A stretch of 64,000 nt of DNA from Candidatus Yanofskybacteria bacterium (GTDB lineage Bacteria > Patescibacteriota > Minisyncoccia > 2-02-FULL-40-12 > GWA2-44-9): positions 24,571 to 88,570 of the forward strand of contig DOSG01000001.1 of NCBI GenBank assembly GCA_003514055.1, given 5' to 3'. Numbering within the stretch: position 1 is the first letter of the stretch; the number at the start of each line of letters is the position of its first letter. The position numbers and the translations under genes were made by a program. Shown here piece by piece: positions 56,326 through 64,000 of the stretch. Below the pieces are notes generated by a model. The model saw only the letters and a list, made by a program, of their open reading frames with translations. It ran no database searches and was not told the origin of the DNA.

Positions 56326-58125
56326 ATGTCTGTCGCAGAGAAAACCAGAGAAGGAAATCCTCTTCTGTATCTGTTTGGCCAAACCTGGCGCTATTCAGAG
56401 GGCAATCGACACAAAGTTGTTTGGTATTGGATCATGTTCGTAGTGGCCAATTCAATAGAACTTTTTTGTCAGCCGCTAGTAATGGCCAAAATTATAGATA
56501 CGATTCAGAAGCAAGGTATTACAACGGCCAACATTAATTTTCTGTTTGGACTTCTGATGCTGACGCTTGTAGCCGAGCTGGCTTTTTGGGCCATACATGG
56601 TCCAGCCAGATGTATCGAGCGTTACAATGCATTCTTGGTGCGCTTAAATTATCGGAAATTTCTATTGAAAGGCGTAATGACCTTACCTATGGAGTGGCAT
56701 GCCGATCACCACTCTGGTGATACTATTGATAAGATTGAGAAGGGGACAAATTCACTATTCTCATTTTCTGAAGATTCTTTCCAGGTCATCTATTCAATCG
56801 TCCAGTTGGTTGTGAGTTATTCGATATTGGCTTATTTTAGTAGGCCGGCCGCATTCATCGTTCTAGGCATGATCATAATCTCTGTATGGATAACAATGCG
56901 ATTCGATAAAGTTCTTATAGGTCAATACAAAGAACTTAATCGTAGTGAAAATAATATCTCTGAAAGCGTATTCGATGCCATTAGCAACATCACGACGGTA
57001 ATCATATTGCGCGTGGAGAAATTGGTTTTTGGTGCGATTATGCGTAAAGTCGAGAAGCCATTTGAGCTTTTCAAGCGCAACCAACGACTAAGCGAGATTA
57101 AGTGGTTCATGACAAGTTTGACTTGCACGGTAATGGTTATAATCGTGATGGGGGTCTATTTCTGGCAGAATATCGGCGCAACTCAGGGTATCGCCATTGG
57201 TAGCGTGTATCTATTAATGAATTATTTGAATAAGATCAGCGAGCTGTTCTTCAGATTCACGAGTATGTATAGCGATATCCTCAAGCGAAAATCCAGGGTT
57301 ATGAATTCCGAGGAGCTAACTAAGGATTTTAAGACCGAGAATTTCGCTAACCACGTGTTGCCTAATATGTGGCGGCGTCTTGATGTAAGTAACTTAAACT
57401 TCTCATATCATGGTAGCGGGAATGGTGATAGGCATCTTGAGGATATATCAATGTCACTAGCTCGCGGCGAGCGTATCGCTCTGGTTGGCGAGAGTGGTAG
57501 CGGCAAGACCACGATTCTGAAAATCATGCGTGACCTGTATCGTCCCCAAGATATGAAGCTTACGGTGGATGGTAAAAATATTCCTGATGGCTTTGGAGGA
57601 GTTAGTCGAGCGATCGCCCTCATTCCACAGAATCCAGAGATATTCGCTACGACGATTCTGGAGAACATTACATTGGGTGCTGATTATGATCCGGAATTTG
57701 TGCGGCGCTTTACCGATATGGCATGTTTCACTGATGTGGCAGAAAGTCTGCCTAACAAGTTTGATTCTTCGATTAAAGAGAAGGGGGTCAATCTCAGTGG
57801 CGGCCAACAGCAACGCTTAGCTCTTGCTCGCGGATTGTTGGCTTGTCACGATAAAGACATAGTTCTGCTGGATGAGCCGACTAGCAGTCTAGATACTGGC
57901 ACAGAGATGAAAGTCTACGGAAACATATTCAGAGAATTCTACGACAAAACGATCGTGTCATCTATCCATCGATTACATCTTTTGCCATTGTTTAACCGGA
58001 TTTATTTCTTTAGCAATGGACAGATCATCGCCTCAGGTAGTCTGAGCGAATTGCTGAACCAGTGTCTTGAATTCCAGGAACTGTGGCGACAATACAATGA
58101 GCATAAAGAGGAAGCGACGAGTTAA
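56326..58125 (+). CDS. ABC exporter, fused permease/ATPase
   Basis: TM domain plus GESGSGKTT, LSGGQ, LLDEPT; ATG 56326 after ggagg. Confidence 0.9.
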   Translation: MSVAEKTREGNPLLYLFGQTWRYSEGNRHKVVWYWIMFVVANSIELFCQPLVMAKIIDTIQKQGITTANINFLFGLLMLTLVAELAFWAIHGPARCIERYNAFLVRLNYRKFLLKGVMTLPMEWHADHHSGDTIDKIEKGTNSLFSFSEDSFQVIYSIVQLVVSYSILAYFSRPAAFIVLGMIIISVWITMRFDKVLIGQYKELNRSENNISESVFDAISNITTVIILRVEKLVFGAIMRKVEKPFELFKRNQRLSEIKWFMTSLTCTVMVIIVMGVYFWQNIGATQGIAIGSVYLLMNYLNKISELFFRFTSMYSDILKRKSRVMNSEELTKDFKTENFANHVLPNMWRRLDVSNLNFSYHGSGNGDRHLEDISMSLARGERIALVGESGSGKTTILKIMRDLYRPQDMKLTVDGKNIPDGFGGVSRAIALIPQNPEIFATTILENITLGADYDPEFVRRFTDMACFTDVAESLPNKFDSSIKEKGVNLSGGQQQRLALARGLLACHDKDIVLLDEPTSSLDTGTEMKVYGNIFREFYDKTIVSSIHRLHLLPLFNRIYFFSNGQIIASGSLSELLNQCLEFQELWRQYNEHKEEATS

Positions 58126-58294
58126 ATTGGTCGTTAAGCAAAAAGAGCCTGACCAGCTCTTTTTTTGTTGGTCAGGGCGTACTTGCTTTGTTGATAATCG
58201 GCTTGATGGTCGATGCAGGGGTGTTAATATGAGGTAGTCACCTAATCAAGGTAATTACTCGTCTTTCCTAACGGAAAGCGGGTTTAAATAAAAA

Positions 58295-59158
58295 ATGGCG
58301 AAAAATATAAAAATCAGTCTCGGGATATTAGTCTTAGCGCTCGCGATCGTCGTAGTTGGCGTAGACACAGCAAGTGCGTATGGCGTGGATATTAATGTTA
58401 ACGGCAACTCAGTAAATGTCGACAGAACAACCGGCAATGTTAATGTAAATAGCGCCGGTACTAATGCGAATGTTAATGTTAATAGTGTTCCTGGCGGAGG
58501 CGTGAATGTAAATGCTGGTAATTCTAATGCGAACGTAAACGTCAATGCTGTTCCGGGGTCGGTTAGGATTGATGCTAATGGTCGGGGAGTTACAGTACAA
58601 AACCAGGCCAGTGGTGTGAATGTCGTTGTTCCAGGCACGTCTATAAATGTTAGGAAGGCGGATGGTAATTTGAACGTCCTGGTCAACAAAAATAGTCTTA
58701 GCGAAAAAGATAAGGGCGTGCTGGTTAATCTCCAGAATGGCTCGGAGATTCTTATAAATAGTGACCAGGATGTCGATGCCTATGCAAAGATAGTTGTCGA
58801 AGAAAGGCCGGCGATCACTAACGTAGAAGTCAGCAATAACAGATTAGAAGTTTCATATAGGCAGCCTAGCAGGTTTTTAGGAATTTTTAGTACAGAGTTG
58901 GATGGTACGGTTTACGTTGACGTTGGTAAAAACGTAACTATTAAATTACCGTGGTACAGTTTCTTATTTAGAAAAAATTCTAGCGCTACGGCCAAGCAAG
59001 TTTCTATCGCAATTAACGACGCTAGTAGTAATGGCACGGTTCAGGTCTCTGCCCTGGGATCAGCCGAAGTCAGTAACCAGTCTCGCGAACAAGCCAGATT
59101 AATAAACATAGTTACCGGTTCCGTAAATAACAGTGTTTCCATAAGTGTTTCGCAGTAG
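58295..59158 (+). CDS. Secreted protein with Asn/Val-rich VNVN repeats
   Basis: Signal peptide ending TASA; repeated NVNVN units; C-terminal RFLGIF...PWYSFLF. Confidence 0.75.
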   Translation: MAKNIKISLGILVLALAIVVVGVDTASAYGVDINVNGNSVNVDRTTGNVNVNSAGTNANVNVNSVPGGGVNVNAGNSNANVNVNAVPGSVRIDANGRGVTVQNQASGVNVVVPGTSINVRKADGNLNVLVNKNSLSEKDKGVLVNLQNGSEILINSDQDVDAYAKIVVEERPAITNVEVSNNRLEVSYRQPSRFLGIFSTELDGTVYVDVGKNVTIKLPWYSFLFRKNSSATAKQVSIAINDASSNGTVQVSALGSAEVSNQSREQARLINIVTGSVNNSVSISVSQ

Positions 59159-59226
59159 GGGCGGGTAGAGGTTATTGGCCGCGGCCGACGCTTGTCGGCC
59201 GCGGTGTTTTTAATTAAGATTAGAGT

Positions 59227-60618
59227 ATGCCAGACATATTTCTATACGATACCTATTCCAGGGAAAAGAAAGAGTTCAAATCACTTGAGCCAATGAAGGT
59301 GGCTATGTATTCTTGTGGGCCAACTGTCTACGATTACCCCCATATCGGCAACCTAAGGGCTTATGTCTTTTCGGATCTACTAAGGCGGACCCTCAAATAT
59401 AATGGATTTGAAGTCAATCAAGTTATGAATATTACCGACGTGGGGCATCTTACGTCTGATGGAGACGATGGAGAAGATAAAATTGAACAACAGGCTGAAA
59501 AAACCGGTAAGACTGCCCAAGAGATTTCTCAATTTTTCACCAATGTTTTTATTCGTGATTTGGCAATGCTTAATATCGTATCGCCAGCTACTTTGGTTAA
59601 GGCCACTTCGACTATCGACGATCAAATTAAGCTAATAGAAAAGCTTGAGATTCTCGGCTATACCTATAAGACCAGCGATGGCATTTATTACGATACTTCG
59701 AAATTCAAAGACTATGGGCATATGGCCAATCTAAACAAGGATGCCATCAAGCCCGGTGCTAGAGTTGAGCTGAATCAAGAGAAGAGAAATCAGACCGACT
59801 TCGCTCTCTGGAAATTTTCTCCTCAAAACATTAAGAGACAGATGGAGTGGGAGAGTCCATGGGGAGTCGGTTTTCCCGGTTGGCATATCGAGTGTTCGGC
59901 CATGGCCATGAAATTCTTGGGAGATACTATTGATATTCATACTGGCGGTATCGATCACATCAATATCCATCATACTAACGAGATTGCTCAGTCTGAAGCG
60001 GCTACGGGTAAGCAGTTCGTCAGATATTGGATGCACAACGCCTTTCTGTTGGTTGAGGGTAAGAAAATGTCTAAAAGCTTGGGCACTGTTTTTACACTAG
60101 AAGATTTATTTGGCAGAGGATACGACCCACTTGTTTTTAGATATCTAATGCTTACGGCTCATTATCGTTCTGAGATGAATTTTACCTGGGAATCGCTATC
60201 TAGCGCTAAGATTGCGCTTGATGGGCTACGTAAAATCATAGCTGGCCTCGATGATGGTGGTATTTCTGATGAAGGCTATGTAGCTAAATTTAGAGAGATC
60301 GTGAATAATGATGTCGATGCTCCTAGGGGGTTAGCTCTAGCTTGGGAAGTAGCTAAAAGCGATCTATCGTCGGCTACAAAGAAGGCTACGCTGTTAGATT
60401 TTGATAAGGTGCTAGGCCTGAAGTTGTCCGAGGTTTCGGTCGTCGACGATACACCGGAGGTTATTCCAGATGAAGTTGTTAGGCTGGCCGAAGAGAGGGA
60501 AGAGATGAGAAAGTCCAAAAATTGGTCTGCCGCTGATGCCGCTAGACAGAAGATCTTGGATTTAGGGTATACTGTAGATGACGCTCCTGACGGTTATAAA
60601 ATAAAAAAACAGGTATAA
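59227..60618 (+). CDS. cysS: Cysteine--tRNA ligase
   Basis: CGPTVY, HIGN, DFALWK, PGWHIEC, KMSKS. Confidence 0.97.
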   Translation: MPDIFLYDTYSREKKEFKSLEPMKVAMYSCGPTVYDYPHIGNLRAYVFSDLLRRTLKYNGFEVNQVMNITDVGHLTSDGDDGEDKIEQQAEKTGKTAQEISQFFTNVFIRDLAMLNIVSPATLVKATSTIDDQIKLIEKLEILGYTYKTSDGIYYDTSKFKDYGHMANLNKDAIKPGARVELNQEKRNQTDFALWKFSPQNIKRQMEWESPWGVGFPGWHIECSAMAMKFLGDTIDIHTGGIDHINIHHTNEIAQSEAATGKQFVRYWMHNAFLLVEGKKMSKSLGTVFTLEDLFGRGYDPLVFRYLMLTAHYRSEMNFTWESLSSAKIALDGLRKIIAGLDDGGISDEGYVAKFREIVNNDVDAPRGLALAWEVAKSDLSSATKKATLLDFDKVLGLKLSEVSVVDDTPEVIPDEVVRLAEEREEMRKSKNWSAADAARQKILDLGYTVDDAPDGYKIKKQV

Positions 60619-60629
60619 AATTAAAAAAC

Positions 60630-60748
60630 GAGCCGTAGATACAAGTTTTGAGAGGCTCTCGGAGCGCGACTGGCGCGAGAGAGCGAGAGAGAGGGTGATT
60701 TTCAGTAGAAAATACAGCCCGTACTCGAAAAACCTGTGTCTAAAGCTC
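60630..60748. repeat. ~120-nt intergenic fold-back element (MITE-like or structured RNA)
   Basis: gagc..tagatacaagtttt / aaaacctgtgtcta..gctc arms enclosing two hairpins. Confidence 0.45.
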
Positions 60749-60758
60749 GGCAAACATT

Positions 60759-61160
60759 ATGAACAAAGGATTTGTATCAAATATCGAGAAGGACACACTG
60801 GAGAATGACAATTTTAGAAAGGTTCTCTATACGGGCAAGTTTAGTCAATTGGTGGTCATGTCGCTAAAGCCGGGTGAGGATATAGGAATGGAAATACACG
60901 ATACCGTCGATCAATTTTTCAGAATTGATAGCGGCAAAGGTAAGGTCGTGATTGAAGGAGTCGAGCATGAAGTTGAGGATGGTTTTGCCATTATCATTCC
61001 CGCAAGCACGAATCATAACGTGATTAATACTTCCACTGATCAGGACATGAAGTTGTATACCATATATTCTCCGGCTAACCACAAAGACGGCACTATTCAT
61101 GTTACCAAGGCTGAAGCCGAAGCTAACGAGGAGCATTTCGATGGAGTAACCACAGAGTAA
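60759..61160 (+). CDS. Cupin-domain protein
   Basis: NFRKVLYTG..SQLV.M, E.H..DQFF, HNV.N, KLYT.Y.P. Confidence 0.9.
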   Translation: MNKGFVSNIEKDTLENDNFRKVLYTGKFSQLVVMSLKPGEDIGMEIHDTVDQFFRIDSGKGKVVIEGVEHEVEDGFAIIIPASTNHNVINTSTDQDMKLYTIYSPANHKDGTIHVTKAEAEANEEHFDGVTTE

Positions 61161-61268
61161 ATTGATTTAAAACAGAGCCGTCGCTAGCGACGGCTCTGTT
61201 TTTTGTAAGAAAAGAGCCCGACCGGGGGATGAAGGGCTCTTCCCTTATCCCGCGGTCGGGCTAGACGA

Positions 61269-61868
61269 CTAGTCGCGATCGCTGTTCAGGAGTCGCGCGA
61301 TTTGCCCCAGCGGATCCTCCGCGGCGGTCTGCTCCTTAGCGCGGGCCATCTCGCTGGCGATGACGGCCTCTGTCGCTTTAGACAGCGCCACTCTCACCGC
61401 TGACTTGATCTCGTCAGTCATCTCGATGCCGACGGCCTCTGCGTTCTGTCGCACATTGATGACGACTTTCGTCGCCCTGGCGCCTCCCGCTACGGGGATG
61501 GCGAACAGGAATGCCACAGCTTCAGCCGCCGCCGCGTGGGCGTCAGCGTTCTGGTACTGGCCCTTCCAGTAGTCGGCGCTCCCTCGCAGTCGCTTGGCTT
61601 CTTCCGCGATGTTCGTGACATCGCTTCGGAGGTTCTCGATCCAGGTGTTCCGGATGCGGATCACCTCGTTGCATTCGGCGAGGAGATTGTCCCTGGCGCG
61701 AATGGTCTCCGTCAGCTCGCCGATCTTCATCGTCAGGTTGGCGTTCAGGCGATATGCCGCCTGAGTTTCGGCCTGTGCGGCCTGGTGTCGGCGTTCGGCC
61801 GCTTGTCCCTCGGCCATCGCTGCTACCAGCTTGGCTTCGAGTACGGCCTTTGTCTCTCGTTTTGCCAT
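61269..61868 (-). CDS. Hypothetical coiled-coil protein
   Basis: gggag RBS, Ala/Glu-rich heptads, GC-rich codons. Confidence 0.6.
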   Translation of the reverse strand: MAKRETKAVLEAKLVAAMAEGQAAERRHQAAQAETQAAYRLNANLTMKIGELTETIRARDNLLAECNEVIRIRNTWIENLRSDVTNIAEEAKRLRGSADYWKGQYQNADAHAAAAEAVAFLFAIPVAGGARATKVVINVRQNAEAVGIEMTDEIKSAVRVALSKATEAVIASEMARAKEQTAAEDPLGQIARLLNSDRD

Positions 61869-62022
61869 GATGCACACTCCCGTCCTGTCGTTTACGAGTC
61901 GGGCTACCCGTCTGAGTGCCCGATAGTGAAAAGAACCGACTGACTATTACATAATTATAGCACATTGTACGCCATTTAGTCAATAGTGATACTTGGTCCG
62001 GCGACTGGATTTTTTGGAGGGA

Positions 62023-62056
62023 GATGGCGGTCTTTTTGGCTTCAAAGACCGCCATC
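62023..62056. repeat. REP-like palindrome, distant copy
   Basis: gatggcggtcttt...aaagaccgccatc. Confidence 0.75.
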
Positions 62057-62105
62057 AAATTCATGCAATCTTTGTTATTCGTATCTTGTGTGATAAATTA
62101 ATCGT

Positions 62106-62798
62106 ATGAGATTATATAGATTTTTCGTAAAATTCAAGATTAATGGCGACGCGGTTTTCGTCGAAGATGCTAATTTCGTCAATCAAGTGCGCAATGTTCT
62201 ACGTATGGAGCTGGGAGATAGCATTTTGCTATGTGACGATGGTATCGATATTCTTTCGGAACTTGAATCATTTGATGGTAACAAGGTTATACTTAAAAAA
62301 ATCAAAGAATCTAAGAATGATAGCGAGCCGGAGAAAAAGATAACTCTGTACTGCTCCATTCTTAAGCATGACAATTTCGAGGTGGTTGCCCAGAAGGCCG
62401 TAGAAGTCGGCGCTACCAATATTGTGCCCATAGTTAGCGCTAGGACGGTCAAAACCAATGTCCGTCTGGATAGGCTAGAGAAGATAGTCAAGGAAGCGGC
62501 GGAGCAATCTGGTCGCGCTATAATTCCCACAGTCTGCGGGGTAATGACTTTTGAAGAAGCTCTGACATCGGCAAAATCGAATGACGCTAACATAATTTTC
62601 GATGTATCTAGTCACGATCTTCCCGATAAATCTGATTACGGTATCAATCTAGGTATATTCATAGGTCCAGAAGGAGGATGGACAGAGGAAGAAGTTGAAC
62701 GGGCCAGAATTAATGGCTTTAAAGTATTTTCTCTTGGAAAGCTTGTCCTGCGAGCCGAAACGGCTGCTATTATTGCAACGTATATATTCGCCAAATAA
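62106..62798 (+). CDS. rsmE: 16S rRNA m3U1498 methyltransferase RsmE
   Basis: VLR, QKAVEVG, EAAEQSGR..IP, IGPEGG, LG..VLRAETA. Confidence 0.95.
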   Translation: MRLYRFFVKFKINGDAVFVEDANFVNQVRNVLRMELGDSILLCDDGIDILSELESFDGNKVILKKIKESKNDSEPEKKITLYCSILKHDNFEVVAQKAVEVGATNIVPIVSARTVKTNVRLDRLEKIVKEAAEQSGRAIIPTVCGVMTFEEALTSAKSNDANIIFDVSSHDLPDKSDYGINLGIFIGPEGGWTEEEVERARINGFKVFSLGKLVLRAETAAIIATYIFAK

Positions 62799-62851
62799 CC
62801 AAAACATCTATATTCCGTGGATGTTCTTGATTATTGGTATATAATTAATTT

Positions 62852-64000
62852 ATGGTAACAAAAGAGCTCACCTCTTATATTTTAGAGGCCAAAAGGTCGG
62901 GTTTATCCGAGAAACAAATTAGAATCGGATTAAAAAGCGTGGGTTGGTTGGATCAAGATATTGAAGAAGCTTTAATTCATCCGGATTCCGTTCGAGTCCA
63001 ATCACAAGAACGACTTACGTCTCAGATCGATAAGGCCAATAATAATAACGCAGGGCGTCGATTAATATTCTTAAAAAAAATATTAAATGAAAAACTCGCC
63101 GCCGTATTAGGAGTAATTTTGGTTATCAGCGGTATTAGTTTTTGGTATTTTAATTATTACGAAACCTCGCTTGTAAGGGCAGATTTTAAATTGTCAGCCA
63201 ATATATCCGATGCGACTGGGATTAGACCAGATGCAACCTTTATTCTAGAGAGCACGGAGGATCTCTCGGCTAAATCTATAAAGAAATATCTGGTGACATC
63301 TTCGAATATCGAAGTGGATGTAGATAAAATAGGGGTTGGCAAGTACGAGATTAAGCCCACGGCAGAGTTAGCTACGAATAAGATATTTACGATTAGCATT
63401 GATAAGGGTCCCGTGGCTTTAAAGTCTTATAGCTGGGCTTATCAGGTTAAGGCTCCATTTTCTGTTGTCGGCACTATTCCAAGAGATAAGTCGACCAGGA
63501 ATCCAGTTAAAACTGGTATCGAAGTGAAATTCAATAGAGAGAAGATTAAGGATCCTAACCAGAACTTCGATATTTTCCCCAAAGTGGAAGGGAAATTTGA
63601 ATTTAATAAGGATAAGTTAGTATTTGCTCCTGCCAAGGATTTGGCTTATTCGACAGTTTATACCGTTACAATAAAGAAGGGCTTGTCTGTCGAGGGTAGT
63701 GACGACGCTTTGTTAGTTGATAAGATCTTCAGCTTTGAGACCGAGGCTAAGTCTGATGTTTCTAATAATTATGGAGACCGTTATGGCTATCTTGGTTTCG
63801 GTAAAACGTTCTGGGAGTTTCGGCCCGATACTGAGCCAACATTCACGACTTATAATAGTAGTCAGTCGGAGAGCAATAAGTTTGATGTGAAAATATATAG
63901 ATTCACTTCGGCCAAGGAATACATGGATGCATACTCTGGATCGATAAGGCCAGACAGAATGTGGTCTGAGCACAATCGTTATTATCCGTACAAACCTAAG
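62852..64000 (+). CDS. Large membrane-anchored protein with Ig-like domains, 3'-truncated by window (possibly alpha-2-macroglobulin-like)
   Basis: Reading frame from ATG 62852 (MVTKELTSYILEAK...GW...IEEA), TM helix, then IEVKFN...F.P...L..ST.YTVTI Ig-like segments; not in ORF track because no stop is reached. Confidence 0.7.
   Translation, partial: MVTKELTSYILEAKRSGLSEKQIRIGLKSVGWLDQDIEEALIHPDSVRVQSQERLTSQIDKANNNNAGRRLIFLKKILNEKLAAVLGVILVISGISFWYFNYYETSLVRADFKLSANISDATGIRPDATFILESTEDLSAKSIKKYLVTSSNIEVDVDKIGVGKYEIKPTAELATNKIFTISIDKGPVALKSYSWAYQVKAPFSVVGTIPRDKSTRNPVKTGIEVKFNREKIKDPNQNFDIFPKVEGKFEFNKDKLVFAPAKDLAYSTVYTVTIKKGLSVEGSDDALLVDKIFSFETEAKSDVSNNYGDRYGYLGFGKTFWEFRPDTEPTFTTYNSSQSESNKFDVKIYRFTSAKEYMDAYSGSIRPDRMWSEHNRYYPYKPK

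Noticed and set aside
63157-63973. Short minus-strand ORFs at the window end
   Set aside because: Antisense to the long + strand gene starting at 62852
1-64000. Alternative genetic code (TGA=Gly or TAG recoding)
   Set aside because: Conserved genes are full length under code 11 and end in TGA, TAG or TAA; only one internal TAG was seen

Overview
64-kb window from a small-genome bacterium using the standard code (TGA = stop). The gene content and style suggest Patescibacteria/CPR (inference). Core genes (ftsE/ftsX, tRNA-Gln(CTG), cysS, rsmE) bracket a large accessory region. From tRNA-Gln (2855-2928) to a degenerate copy of its 3' end (36430-36451) lies a ~33 kb composite island with three main parts. 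(i) A divergent 7-gene locus: AAA ATPase + small protein + two paralogous vWA proteins on one side, and a NadE-NadD fusion, a truncated divergent pyruvate-kinase barrel and a divergent PurA on the other. This is my main candidate for an undescribed nucleotide/NAD restoration or conflict system. (ii) A serine-recombinase element with a ~180-nt tRNA-like ncRNA, a frameshifted ParB-methylase, a C4/CI-like structured RNA, a VRR-NUC nuclease and a type III R-M system. (iii) A CapH/CapP-like regulated ubiquitin-like (Ubl, E2-E1, DUF6527) operon. The rest of the window holds single genes separated by palindromic REP-like repeats, three attenuator-like leaders of one shared design, a tandem glutamate-cysteine-ligase pair and various housekeeping/accessory enzymes. 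All calls are from motif reading by eye; no searches or folding programs were run.
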